Below, one piece after another: positions 25,930-36,005 of a stretch of DNA of 64,000 nucleotides (positions are counted from its first letter, which is position 1; every line of letters begins with the position of its first letter). The notes beneath the pieces are model-generated. The model was not told the origin of the DNA. It worked only from the letters and a program-made list of their open reading frames with translations, and searched no databases. This DNA is from Candidatus Nomurabacteria bacterium (lineage in GTDB: Bacteria; Patescibacteriota; Minisyncoccia; Phycocordibacterales; UBA9973). Where the stretch lies: positions 9,462-73,461 of the forward strand of contig JAHFNO010000005.1 in assembly GCA_023267275.1 (NCBI GenBank), read 5' to 3'. The position numbers were made by a program, and so were the translations under genes.

Positions 25930-28149
25930 ATGAAAAATAAATATACAAAATTTGGAGTTGGTTTTTTGATTGCAATTGTTTTGTTTGGCGGTGCGATTGT
26001 TCGTGCAGATGATGTGACTCCACCAGCCGATACAACGCCTCCGGTCATAACACTTTTAGGTGATGCATCTGTGACACTTACTGTCGGTGGAACATTTACC
26101 GATGCCGGAGCAACAGCCACAGATGATGTTGATGGAGATATAACTTCACACATTGTTGAGACCGGAACAGTCGATGTAAACACACTAGCCACATATACGC
26201 TTACTTACAATGTGAGTGATACAGCGGGAAATCCTGCGACTCCAGTCACTCGCACTGTTGTGGTCAATCCGCTCCCAGCTCCAACTGAGACAGTCATTGT
26301 TCGCAATGGCGCAACTCTGATTTGGCAGGGAACTGTTCCGCTTGAAACTGCTGGAACAGAATCGATCAATGACAGCACTGGTACAGCTCACACCATAAAC
26401 ACTCGCAGTGTTCTTGCTGTGTTGCACGATGCTGAAACAACGAGCACTGCATTTTCTCTTTCCAATCTTACGTACTACGATTCATTCGGTGCATTTTATC
26501 TGAAATGTGTCACCCCAACAGGGGGAAGTGAGTTGTGTGACAATTGGCAATATGCTGTCGGAACATCTACTCCATGGACGAGTATCGACGCCACAGTTCT
26601 TTCTGGTGGAGAAACTATTGGTATTTATTTTGGCAGTCAGCATCAGGTAGAATTTGATGCAACAACGATTACTGCTGGAAATATATTGACTGCAACAGCT
26701 GAGTCGTACAATTATGCCGACAATACATGGAGTCCGCTTACTGGAGTATCAATCGGCATTACTACACCAAATCCGAGCGATTCTTGGAGTCCAATTGTTG
26801 TCTCAACAAATCCTGTTGGTACAGATGGAAAAGCAACAATCACGATTGCTGATGCTGGCACATACAACGCAGGAATTGCTGAGGATTATTATTTTCCTTC
26901 CTATACGATCACGGTAAATCCTGTCGTGACGAGTGGCGGAGGAAGCGGAGGTACACTTCCGCCGCCAACATTCAGTGTTGCGAATGCGATTGCGTATTTG
27001 CAAAGTATGCAAGCAAGCAACGGCTCTTTCGGTGGTTCAGATTTGTATACTGATTGGGCAGGAATTGCATATAGCGCGGGCGGTGTTGCCGGAAGCGCAC
27101 GCGATTCACTCATTGCATATCTCTCAACACACAATACGACAAGCTCGTTGCTCACCGACAATGAACGCCGATCGATGACACTCCTTGCTCTTGGACAAAA
27201 TCCATACGCATTTCATGGAACAAATTATATCGCTCCAATCGTTGCATCGTTTGATGGAACACAATTCGGCGATGCGTCATTGGTAAATGATGATATCTTT
27301 GCACTTATTCCACTTGCAAAAGCTGGATATTCTGCGAGTGATGAAATGATTACAAAGGATATTGCATTTATTATTTCAAAACAAAATGTAGATGGTTCGT
27401 GGGAAGGAAGTGCAGATCTCACTGCGGCTTCTGTGCAAGCACTTCAGCAATTTAGTGGAGTGACCGGAGTTGCGACGGCACTTACAAAGGAAAGTACGTA
27501 TTTACAAGACTCACAAAATGCAACGGGTGGATGGAATAATGTTTCCACTTCGAGTTGGGTAGGGCAGGCAATGAGTGCACTCGGTGCATCGTGGACAAAT
27601 AGCGGAAAGAGCATCAATGATTATTTTGCCGCACAACAAGTCTCAGATGGTGCCGTGCTTCCCGCAACTGAGACTGCACAAAATCGCATTTGGGCAACGA
27701 GTTATGCGATTCCGGCAGTGCTCGGTAAGCCATGGAGTGCAATCCTTTCATCAGTATCTCGCCCAGATACGGGAGGTTCGAGCGGAACGGGTGGAGGAGG
27801 AAAATCTACTTCTGATACATCAACACAAAATACACAGAAAAAACAAACAACTGAAACAACAGAACATACCGATTTGCAAAAAGATGTCGTTGTTGGACTA
27901 CCTCAAGAAAATGAGCGAAATCAAAATATTCAAAAAAATAATCTCTTAAAAAAGAACGTAAAAACACTCGACACTCACTCAGTAAAAACAGAGCAAACTG
28001 CAACTCAGTTTCAAACAACAAATACACTAGGCGCGAGTGCGATTGGTAGTGGAGTCCATTTTTCTCTTGGCGGATCATTCAAAAAAGTGGCAACCGTTTT
28101 GGGTTCAGGTATTAAAAATGCATTCAAATTCATGTTTGGTATACTGTAA
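25930..28149 (+). CDS. Secreted protein: Ig-like (DUF5011) domain, DUF4430-like region, prenyltransferase/alpha-barrel domain (putative B12 binder)
   Basis: DTTPPVITLLG..GATATDDVDGD; AIAYLQSMQASNGSF, KQNVDGSW repeats; downstream of the riboswitch. Confidence 0.75.
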   Translation: MKNKYTKFGVGFLIAIVLFGGAIVRADDVTPPADTTPPVITLLGDASVTLTVGGTFTDAGATATDDVDGDITSHIVETGTVDVNTLATYTLTYNVSDTAGNPATPVTRTVVVNPLPAPTETVIVRNGATLIWQGTVPLETAGTESINDSTGTAHTINTRSVLAVLHDAETTSTAFSLSNLTYYDSFGAFYLKCVTPTGGSELCDNWQYAVGTSTPWTSIDATVLSGGETIGIYFGSQHQVEFDATTITAGNILTATAESYNYADNTWSPLTGVSIGITTPNPSDSWSPIVVSTNPVGTDGKATITIADAGTYNAGIAEDYYFPSYTITVNPVVTSGGGSGGTLPPPTFSVANAIAYLQSMQASNGSFGGSDLYTDWAGIAYSAGGVAGSARDSLIAYLSTHNTTSSLLTDNERRSMTLLALGQNPYAFHGTNYIAPIVASFDGTQFGDASLVNDDIFALIPLAKAGYSASDEMITKDIAFIISKQNVDGSWEGSADLTAASVQALQQFSGVTGVATALTKESTYLQDSQNATGGWNNVSTSSWVGQAMSALGASWTNSGKSINDYFAAQQVSDGAVLPATETAQNRIWATSYAIPAVLGKPWSAILSSVSRPDTGGSSGTGGGGKSTSDTSTQNTQKKQTTETTEHTDLQKDVVVGLPQENERNQNIQKNNLLKKNVKTLDTHSVKTEQTATQFQTTNTLGASAIGSGVHFSLGGSFKKVATVLGSGIKNAFKFMFGIL

Positions 28150-28151
28150 GC

Positions 28152-28610
28152 ATGGAACAAAAACACAACCCTACACCTCTTGCTGAACTCAAAAAAATAC
28201 AGCGAGCAAGAAATGCCAATGTTCTCCACAAAGAACGCTTGAGCAAACTCGACCGTTTAGCTGTTTGGATCACCGACCATATCGGCACGATGGGCTTTTT
28301 TCTGACTATTTTTACCTGGACAGTGCTTTGGCTTGGTTGGAATATTTTTGCACCGAAGCCAATGCAATTTGATCCATTTCCTGCATTTGTACTCTGGCTC
28401 TTTATCTCAAATATGATTCAGATATTTTTGATGCCACTTCTTATGATTGGTCAGAATATTCAAGGACGTCATAGCGAGGCACGAGCTGATGCCGATTTTG
28501 AAACAGATAAAAAAGCGGAAATTGAAATCGAAACAATCTTGGCTCATTTGGAAAATCAAAACGAAGTCATGATGCAGATTCTTAAGCGATTGGATGAGAA
28601 AGGAAAGTGA
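28152..28610 (+). CDS. DUF1003 membrane protein
   Basis: FDPFP, PLLMIGQN. Confidence 0.85.
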   Translation: MEQKHNPTPLAELKKIQRARNANVLHKERLSKLDRLAVWITDHIGTMGFFLTIFTWTVLWLGWNIFAPKPMQFDPFPAFVLWLFISNMIQIFLMPLLMIGQNIQGRHSEARADADFETDKKAEIEIETILAHLENQNEVMMQILKRLDEKGK

Positions 28611-28733
28611 ATGACTAATGACTAATGACTAAAAATTAACCCCTTTTTCTCTTGAGATTATTGATTTCATGAATTAATTAGACATTAGATATTAAGATTT
28701 AGAAATTGAATTCATAGTGCTATAATTAGCACT

Positions 28734-29720
28734 ATGAATTATGATCATCCACTCTCTTGGGCAGCGCTCGTACGCATTGTTATCGTAGGTATTATTGTCA
28801 TACTCGGCTGGAAGGCGCTTCCCGCGCTTCCTATTTTACTTGTCGCATTTGTTCTTGCGGCTTCATTCTATCCAATCGTAAAAAAGGTTGAAAAGAAGAC
28901 ACACATGCCGTTTATGTTGTGTATTTTTTTGATTCTTGTAATTCCACTCGTGCTCATACTCTTTTTTGGTTTTAGTTTTTTACCACAGCTCCTTTCTCAA
29001 TTGCCTGATTTGTTTGCAAATCTGCACGTAACACTTAGTCATCTTTCTTTTGGCCCGCAATCATTACGCAATTTTGATGTGATTGCATATTTGCAGTCAC
29101 ATTTTGACTATTCAACCACCACCATCAACATTGCCGTTTCCATTTTTTCAGTAGTAACAACAATCGTTCTTACTTTTTATGTTCTGTATGATTTTGAACG
29201 TTTGCTCGATCTCTTTTTACGAATCATTCCTTCAGGCGAGAAACAAAATGTAAAAGAATTGTTGCAGGAAATTTCAGTAGTTATCGGAAAATATATTCGT
29301 GGTAACGTACTTATTTCAATTATTTGCGCAGTCATTATCTTTTTAGGTCTAACGATTCTCCACGTTCCATTTGCATTACCACTTGCTATCTTTACCGGAA
29401 TTTTTGATTTGCTTCCACTTGTTGGTGCGACACTCGGAGCTATTCCAGCGCTTATTGTGGCACTTGGTATCTCGCCCATTACATTTGTATTCGTACTTAT
29501 TCTCTATGTTGCATATCAAGAAGTAGAAAAATCTATTATTTCTCCGCTTATCTACGATAAGGCGCTCAACTTGTTTCCTTCAATCAGTTTTATTGCCGTG
29601 CTCCTCGGAGGAAGCTTGTTCGGAATTCTTGGAGCTTTCCTTGCCTTGCCAATCGCAGCGAGTCTCCCAGCAGTAATGAATTATCGTCGAAAATACAAAG
29701 AACACACAGTGAACGCGTAA
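28734..29720 (+). CDS. AI-2E family transporter
   Basis: YIRG, LLPLVG, GILGAFLALP. Confidence 0.9.
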   Translation: MNYDHPLSWAALVRIVIVGIIVILGWKALPALPILLVAFVLAASFYPIVKKVEKKTHMPFMLCIFLILVIPLVLILFFGFSFLPQLLSQLPDLFANLHVTLSHLSFGPQSLRNFDVIAYLQSHFDYSTTTINIAVSIFSVVTTIVLTFYVLYDFERLLDLFLRIIPSGEKQNVKELLQEISVVIGKYIRGNVLISIICAVIIFLGLTILHVPFALPLAIFTGIFDLLPLVGATLGAIPALIVALGISPITFVFVLILYVAYQEVEKSIISPLIYDKALNLFPSISFIAVLLGGSLFGILGAFLALPIAASLPAVMNYRRKYKEHTVNA

Positions 29721-29724
29721 GTAT

Positions 29725-30171
29725 ATGAGCTATGATTTTTTAGAAACCGCAGACGATGATGCAATGCAACAAGCCAAAAGAGATTTTGGAGATTTTGTTG
29801 TGGGGATAGAAAATCGCTTGGATCAAGCCGAAACATACGGCAAGGCAGGGGATATACGAATGCTCACTGTCTTGCTCGAGCTTCAGGATGTGCAAAGCGA
29901 CTTGGAAACACTTGCCAAAAATGCACACGAAGAAATGCCGTCAAAAAATTACCATATGGAGGTAACAAAAATAATTCGAACATACATTGCAGGTATTATT
30001 GAAAAAGAATATGAATCTCTACAAAAAAGTATTTCTGAAAAAAGTGAATCTCCACAAAATATCACGAGTCGAATAAATCAGCTACTCCATATCACTTCGT
30101 TTTATCAGGAGCTGTATCCCGAGCTCGAACTTGCACACTGGGGAGAAAAAGTACGGTCGTTGGTACAATAA
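29725..30171 (+). CDS. Hypothetical protein
   Basis: Operonic ATG-started ORF. Confidence 0.65.
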   Translation: MSYDFLETADDDAMQQAKRDFGDFVVGIENRLDQAETYGKAGDIRMLTVLLELQDVQSDLETLAKNAHEEMPSKNYHMEVTKIIRTYIAGIIEKEYESLQKSISEKSESPQNITSRINQLLHITSFYQELYPELELAHWGEKVRSLVQ

Positions 30172-30204
30172 AAATCATATTTATTAGTTATTAAAAATAA
30201 ATCT

Positions 30205-30960
30205 ATGGAAGAAATTATCGTAGTTACAGAAAAAGAATCACAGCCAGAGGTAAAAAAACAAACAAATATTACACTCGTTCAAGCAGTTCTCTTAAACGCG
30301 GTTATTATTGCTATCGCGATTATTGTTGGAGCATGCATTGTGCACGGTTCGTTTGATTCTTGGGGAAGTGGTTCGAAGACAAACACAGAACAAAAGGTAT
30401 TAGCTCCCGATATTACAAAAATAAATATGGCGGGTGCACCATTTATCGGCAATCCGAATGCAAAGGTGGCAATCGCATACTGGTCTGATTTTCAGTGTCC
30501 ATACTGCAAAAAATTTGAGACTATAGTATTTCCAACTATTTTGAAAAATTATGTGGCGACTGGAAAAGTTGCCGTAGTGTTCAAAGATTATTCTTTCCTC
30601 GGACCAGATTCAGAAACGGCAGCAGTATATGCTCGTGCAGTTTGGAATGTATATCCACAACAATATTTTGCATGGAGGACGGCAATGTTTGATGCACAAG
30701 ACAAAGAAAATGCCGATTTTGGCGACGAGACAAGTATCGTCAAACTCACTGAAACAATTTCCGGAATTGATACCGCAAAGGTGCAAGCCGACGTTGCTAA
30801 AAATAAAAATGCGTATATACAGTCAATTGATGCAGATAAGGCTGAGGCAGAAAAATTTGGTATTCAAGGCACTCCGTCATTTATCACTGGGACACAGCTT
30901 ATTCCTGGGTACAGTGAATTTGCTACATTTGCAAAAGCACTTGATGCACAATTGAAATAA
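30205..30960 (+). CDS. DsbA-family thiol-disulfide oxidoreductase
   Basis: SDFQCPYC, GIQGTPSF. Confidence 0.93.
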   Translation: MEEIIVVTEKESQPEVKKQTNITLVQAVLLNAVIIAIAIIVGACIVHGSFDSWGSGSKTNTEQKVLAPDITKINMAGAPFIGNPNAKVAIAYWSDFQCPYCKKFETIVFPTILKNYVATGKVAVVFKDYSFLGPDSETAAVYARAVWNVYPQQYFAWRTAMFDAQDKENADFGDETSIVKLTETISGIDTAKVQADVAKNKNAYIQSIDADKAEAEKFGIQGTPSFITGTQLIPGYSEFATFAKALDAQLK

Positions 30961-31038
30961 TACGTTGCAAAATAAGGATACTACACCCGGCGCACCTTCG
31001 GTGCGCCGGGTGTAGTTGTATTTTTTAGGAGTGATATA

Positions 31039-31284
31039 ATGATAAGTATGGAAAATATGGCACAAGAGCTTCCATTTGAGGAAGCGGCATTACAAAAAGA
31101 AATTCAAGCTATTCGTAAGGAAAATAAAATTCCAGATACGATAAAAGTTGAGAAAAAGGGAAATGTTTTTTATCTCACTTCATCACATGGAGAAGAAACA
31201 CTCGAGGAATGGATTGAAAGAATGAGTGTGTATGAAGACTCAGATGAAAACAAGAACGAAAAATATATGAAGGGGCAATATTAA
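31039..31284 (+). CDS. Small hypothetical protein
   Basis: 81-aa charged ORF. Confidence 0.55.
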   Translation: MISMENMAQELPFEEAALQKEIQAIRKENKIPDTIKVEKKGNVFYLTSSHGEETLEEWIERMSVYEDSDENKNEKYMKGQY

Positions 31285-31319
31285 TTGTGTGATTTATTAG
31301 CAGACGGTATACTAATTCT

Positions 31320-31493
31320 ATGAATACACTCAATCATACATATGCAACTGTGCTCGGAGCAATTAATACAATCGGTTATATTCCGTTTGCAGTAATGGTT
31401 ATTGTAAACATTGTATTGTATCGTTTGCATCCAGTACTTGGATTTCTTGGAACGTTGTTTTTGTTTGCTCTACTCACAGGACTTATTCACTAA
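31320..31493 (+). CDS. Small membrane protein (57 aa, below ORF-track cutoff)
   Basis: MNTLNHTYATVLGAINTIGYIPFAVMVIVNIVLYRLHPVLGFLGTLFLFALLTGLIH*; TATACT just upstream. Confidence 0.55.
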   Translation: MNTLNHTYATVLGAINTIGYIPFAVMVIVNIVLYRLHPVLGFLGTLFLFALLTGLIH

Positions 31494-31595
31494 TTTTTTT
31501 GAAACGCCCCGATTTTACTTGAACCCAGTAGGTGATTCTACTGAATCAAAATCGGGGCGTTTCTTTTTCTGTGTGAATACGGTAGGCTATAGCAT

Positions 31596-32462
31596 ATGAT
31601 TTCAATTTTGGAAAAAGAAACTGAATACGAACTTCTAGATTCCGGAGAGGGAATGAAGCTCGAACGATTTGGCGACTATGTTCTTGCACGTCCCGACCCA
31701 GAAGCATTATGGCCGAAAAAAATCACGGAAGAGGTGTGGGTAAAAGCTGATGCCACCTATACACGTCACGGTGCAAACGGCTCTTGGAAAACAACAAAAG
31801 AATTTCCAAAAAATTGGAATATTAATTTTGGAGGTTTGGTATTTGAATTGCGCCCCACATCATTTAAACATGTGGGAATTTTTCCTGAGCAGAAAATTCA
31901 CTGGAATTGGCTGAGTGAAAAGCTAACACCTAACACCAAACACCAAAAACCACGCATTTTGAATTTGTTTGCCTACACTGGTGGAGCAACTCTCTCTGCG
32001 GCAAAAACTGGAGCGGAAGTAACACACGTGGATTCTTCAAAAGTAGCTATTGAATGGGCGCGCAAAAATGCCGAACTTTCTGGTCTTGCCGATGCTCCGA
32101 TTCGCTGGATTGAAGATGATGTATTGAAATTTTTGCGACGCGAGGTAAAACGCGGCAATCGATATGAAGTGGTGATCATGGATCCTCCGGCATTCGGCCA
32201 TGGATCGGGGAGTGAACTTTGGAAAATCGAGAGAGATTTTTACGAATTATTTTCGTTGGTTCAACAAGTGCTTTCCGAAAATCCAATTGCAGTAATTGTA
32301 AATGGATATACTGCCGGTTATTCTCCTATCACGTTGCAGAATAATGTAAAAAAACTTACTGAAACATTTGGTGGCGAAACAGATTTGGGAGAGCTTGCAA
32401 TACCTGAGGAGGGAGGTGATCGACTGCTTCCTGCCGGTGTATTTGCTCGCTGGTGGAAATAG
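31596..32462 (+). CDS. SAM-dependent methyltransferase (RlmI/RlmK-like)
   Basis: GIFPEQ, LNLFAYTGG, MDPPAFG. Confidence 0.92.
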   Translation: MISILEKETEYELLDSGEGMKLERFGDYVLARPDPEALWPKKITEEVWVKADATYTRHGANGSWKTTKEFPKNWNINFGGLVFELRPTSFKHVGIFPEQKIHWNWLSEKLTPNTKHQKPRILNLFAYTGGATLSAAKTGAEVTHVDSSKVAIEWARKNAELSGLADAPIRWIEDDVLKFLRREVKRGNRYEVVIMDPPAFGHGSGSELWKIERDFYELFSLVQQVLSENPIAVIVNGYTAGYSPITLQNNVKKLTETFGGETDLGELAIPEEGGDRLLPAGVFARWWK

Positions 32463-32612
32463 GAACTTCCCCTTCCTTTACCAAGGAATGCCCGTGGTGA
32501 TTGTGTTCAATCAGGAATGAGGGGTGGTGTATTTTTCTATCATACTTCTATTTCAATATGGTATTATTGAGAGGCAGAAGTCGTAATTTGTTAATTAATT
32601 AAAAATTTTCCT

Positions 32613-33116
32613 ATGAAAAAACATGAAATACTAATCAGTGTGATTGTTATTATTCTTTTTATTGCACTTGTCGTATATCTACAGCGTTCGCATCGTGCCA
32701 TTCCTCCCACATCTGAAACAGCATCAATTACCAATCAACAAACAAACGGAACTATGGCATCTGAAACAACAACAGCAAGCGGTCTCAAAATTACAGTACT
32801 CAAAGAAGGAAGTGGAGTGGCATCGGTGAACGGAGATACAGCTTACTTAAATTACACGGGTACTTTTACTGATGGTAAGGCATTTGATTCAAATGTTGAT
32901 CCAAAATTTGGACACACACAGCCACTTCCAGTAACCCTTGGTGCTCATTCGGTCATTCCTGGATGGGAAGAAGGGGTTCTTGGAATGAAGGTGGGAGAAA
33001 AGCGTCATCTCGTTATTCCCGCAAATCTTGCGTATGGAGCAAATGGATATGGTCCAATCCCGGGTGGAGCTACAATTGAGTTTGACGTCGAACTTGTTTC
33101 TATTAGTCACAAATAA
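32613..33116 (+). CDS. FKBP-type peptidyl-prolyl isomerase
   Basis: YTG.F.DGKAFDS, VIPGWEEG, LAYG. Confidence 0.95.
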   Translation: MKKHEILISVIVIILFIALVVYLQRSHRAIPPTSETASITNQQTNGTMASETTTASGLKITVLKEGSGVASVNGDTAYLNYTGTFTDGKAFDSNVDPKFGHTQPLPVTLGAHSVIPGWEEGVLGMKVGEKRHLVIPANLAYGANGYGPIPGGATIEFDVELVSISHK

Positions 33117-33139
33117 TCTCGTATACAAACAGATCGTTT

Positions 33140-33277
33140 ATGACCAAAAAAATCGTTACAATTCTCGTTCTTTGTGTTGTTCTTGTTTGTATTGGCTTGG
33201 TGATTCACTCAATGCTAGTACCTTCATCAGAGCATGATAGTTCAAGAAATATCGGTGCAATTATCAATAATAAATAG
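33140..33277 (+). CDS. Small single-TM protein (45 aa)
   Basis: MTKKIVTILVLCVVLVCIGLVIHSMLVPSSEHDSSRNIGAIINNK*. Confidence 0.45.
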   Translation: MTKKIVTILVLCVVLVCIGLVIHSMLVPSSEHDSSRNIGAIINNK

Positions 33278-33423
33278 GACTCACGTAAACAGCGCATTTC
33301 TGAATCAGTAGATTCACTCTTGGAGCTTGTTGAAAACCTCTTTTTGTACTCACCGTACTTCTAGTACGTTTCCGAGCAAAATAAGGTTTTCGCCTCGAAC
33401 TGCATCTGTTTACAAGAGTCCTA
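33275..33423. repeat. Diverged relative of the 89-nt element carrying a nested 26-nt unit
   Basis: Same core termini (cgcatttc...cgcctcgaactgcat), 16/18 flanking inverted repeat. Confidence 0.7.
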
Positions 33424-33437
33424 CCAAATATTTACAT

Positions 33438-34235
33438 ATGAATACATTTTTTGATCAAAAAAACGCCACACGCATGGGCAAGGTTTTATTGTTTATTGGA
33501 ATTTTTGTCGCATTGTTTGCGATGATGAAAGTTCTCAATGAGATGAAGCAGTTTGATGGTGCTTCTATCGACCCGGCAAAAGTAAGTACGATTGATGTTA
33601 CAGGTACGGGAGAAGCATTCGCTATCCCAAATATTGCTACAGAAAGTTTTACCGTTGAGAAAAAAGCAGCGACAATAAAAGATGCACAAGGTGTAGTCAC
33701 TACAAAAATTGCTGACATTCTTTCATTCTTGAAATCTTCTGGTGTTGCTGAAAAAGATATTCAAACTACAAACTATAGTGCAAATCCAGAATATAGTTAC
33801 CCAACTCCATGTTATGGACAAGTATGTCCTGCAAATTCCAGTGCACCAAAATTGCTTGGATATACAGTGTCTGAAACAATCACGGTAAAAATTCGCAACG
33901 CAGATACTGTCGGTACTATCATTGATGGACTTGGATCTCGCGGAGTAACAAATCTCTCTGGTCCAACATTTACTGTCGACGATGTGAGTGCTGTAAATGC
34001 ACAAGCTCGCGCAAAGGCGATTGCAGATGCAAAAGTAAAGGCTACAGTACTTGCACATGATCTTGGTATTGAACTTGGACGAATTGTTCGCTTCTCAGAA
34101 AATACCGGCGGATCATATCCTATGATGTACACTGCAAAAGACATGGCAGTTGGCGCATCAGCACCAACAGCACAATTGCCAGCAGGGGAGAATAAGTACA
34201 CATCAAACGTTACAATTACGTTTGAGATACAATAG
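33438..34235 (+). CDS. SIMPL/DUF541 domain protein
   Basis: IDVTGTG...P, DIQT, ARAKAIADAK.KA, V.ITFEI. Confidence 0.92.
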   Translation: MNTFFDQKNATRMGKVLLFIGIFVALFAMMKVLNEMKQFDGASIDPAKVSTIDVTGTGEAFAIPNIATESFTVEKKAATIKDAQGVVTTKIADILSFLKSSGVAEKDIQTTNYSANPEYSYPTPCYGQVCPANSSAPKLLGYTVSETITVKIRNADTVGTIIDGLGSRGVTNLSGPTFTVDDVSAVNAQARAKAIADAKVKATVLAHDLGIELGRIVRFSENTGGSYPMMYTAKDMAVGASAPTAQLPAGENKYTSNVTITFEIQ

Positions 34236-34405
34236 ATAAACATACTAATATTCGAATGATACAAATCTACGAATAGCTACGAATAAGAGCGGCGAGGGTA
34301 ACCCCTCGCCGCTCTTTACTTTTGCACCCATCTGCGGTATTATCTACGTATCAGAAAGGCCCCCGCGGGCTTTTTAATTTAGCCATTTAATGAAGTAGAA
34401 TTTAT

Positions 34406-34510
34406 ATAAATGAATGCAGTTCGAGGCGCGAGCGAGGCTTGTGACTAAGGTGTAGTAATCCTACTCCGCGGGAGCAAACGAGCGATGCAACAAAGAAATG
34501 CGTCATTTAT
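34406..34510. repeat. 89-nt dispersed element, copy B (reverse orientation), upstream of secE
   Basis: Core 34414-34502; flanks ataaatga/tcatttat. Confidence 0.9.
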
Positions 34511-34527
34511 GGAAATTATAAAATTAT

Positions 34528-34710
34528 ATGAGTATTACATCATACGTTAAAGAGACACGCGAAGAATTCAAGCATGTAAACTGGCCAAATCGTAAACAGG
34601 CCATTGTGTATACTATTTCCGTTATCGTTATATCTGTCGCCGTAGCATATCTCCTTGGAGCATTTGATAGTCTTTTCCAGTTTGGACTCGGTAAACTTTT
34701 GGGCTTTTAA
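34528..34710 (+). CDS. secE: Preprotein translocase SecE
   Basis: EFKHVNWP plus one TM; precedes nusG. Confidence 0.95.
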   Translation: MSITSYVKETREEFKHVNWPNRKQAIVYTISVIVISVAVAYLLGAFDSLFQFGLGKLLGF

Positions 34711-34913
34711 GAGAAATTAATGAACGAAGTGAGTATAATTTCCTTACCCTGTTAAATCTTTTGTTTACAAAAGAAAATTCACAGGACTGATTATTGGGTA
34801 ATGGAGTACATTCTGAAATTAGTAAATAGTATAGAAATATTTTTATTATCAAGTGAATTTTATTTAACAGGGTGGCGATTTTCAAAGTCGCTTCACTCCT
34901 AAGAAAATCAGCC

Positions 34914-35462
34914 ATGTCAAAACAAGAAATCACACCAGAACGCAGTTGGTACGCGATTCACACATATGCAGGATATGAGAACGCAGTGTTGCGAAATCTC
35001 AAACAGCGTATTGAGTCTCTTGGTATGCAAGACAAAATCTTCAATGTTGTTGTTCCTATGGAAAAGAAGATCAAGATCAAAGCAGGGAAGCGTGTTGAAT
35101 CTGAGGAACGAGTATATCCAGGATATGTTCTTGTTGATATGATCGTGACTGATGACTCTTGGTATGTTGTGCGCAACACTCCACGCGTAACTGGTTTCGT
35201 TGGTGCTGGTGTAAACCCAGTTCCACTCAACAAAGATGAAGTAGCTGCACTCTTTAAGACGATGGACAACACCGAAAGTGCAAAGCATACTATCGATCTT
35301 TCTGTGGGCGATCTTGTCACTATCGCCGATGGACCATTCAAGGAACTCGAAGGTAAGGTGAACGAAGTTGATCATGATCGAGGCAAAGTTCGCGTTCTCG
35401 TAGCAATGTTCGGCCGCGAAACTCCAGTGGAACTCGATTTCCTTCAAGTGAAGAAGATGTAA
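34914..35462 (+). CDS. nusG: Transcription factor NusG
   Basis: WYAIHTYAGYE, YPGYVLV, GPF, FGRETPVEL. Confidence 0.98.
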   Translation: MSKQEITPERSWYAIHTYAGYENAVLRNLKQRIESLGMQDKIFNVVVPMEKKIKIKAGKRVESEERVYPGYVLVDMIVTDDSWYVVRNTPRVTGFVGAGVNPVPLNKDEVAALFKTMDNTESAKHTIDLSVGDLVTIADGPFKELEGKVNEVDHDRGKVRVLVAMFGRETPVELDFLQVKKM

Positions 35463-35472
35463 TTAGATAAGA

Positions 35473-35502
35473 AAAAAGGCTTCTCATTAGAGAAGCCTTT
35501 TT
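35473..35502. terminator. Bidirectional terminator
   Basis: aaaaaggcttct-cattag-agaagccttttt. Confidence 0.8.
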
Positions 35503-35503
35503 G

Positions 35504-35845
35504 TTACGATGCCAAATAAATCATACATATTGCAAATAGAATAAAAAAACTTCCTAATGCAATAATCAAACTACCCCCCAAAACGTTGGATTTGAATTTT
35601 TCTGCTGTTTTTTTTACGTAACCCCCTAAAACAAAGAAAAAAATGGCTCCGATAAGGATTATTCCCAACATCCAATGCCTCATGGACAAAACCTCTTCAG
35701 GCGTTGCTGTGAAAGGGATACCGCTTTTGGGTAATCTGCTATAGACCATACCTATCGGCAGAGGCATTGTCAGATACCCGTATATGTATACAACAAGTGA
35801 TATAACAAAACCTATCAATGTGTACTTGTTAAGTAGCTTTTTCAT
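35504..35845 (-). CDS. Hypothetical membrane protein between nusG and rplK
   Basis: Three hydrophobic segments. Confidence 0.65.
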   Translation of the reverse strand: MKKLLNKYTLIGFVISLVVYIYGYLTMPLPIGMVYSRLPKSGIPFTATPEEVLSMRHWMLGIILIGAIFFFVLGGYVKKTAEKFKSNVLGGSLIIALGSFFILFAICMIYLAS

Positions 35846-36005
35846 AATCTAGTTATTTTATTTATATTATACACCTTTTATATTTATTTGTCAATATACA
35901 ACAAAAGCCTTGATTTAAAGACACATATCTGGTACAGTATTAAAACTGTTTTGGTTTTAGGCTTCTACTTAAACCTTACAGCTTACACCTTAAACCTTTA
36001 AAAAA

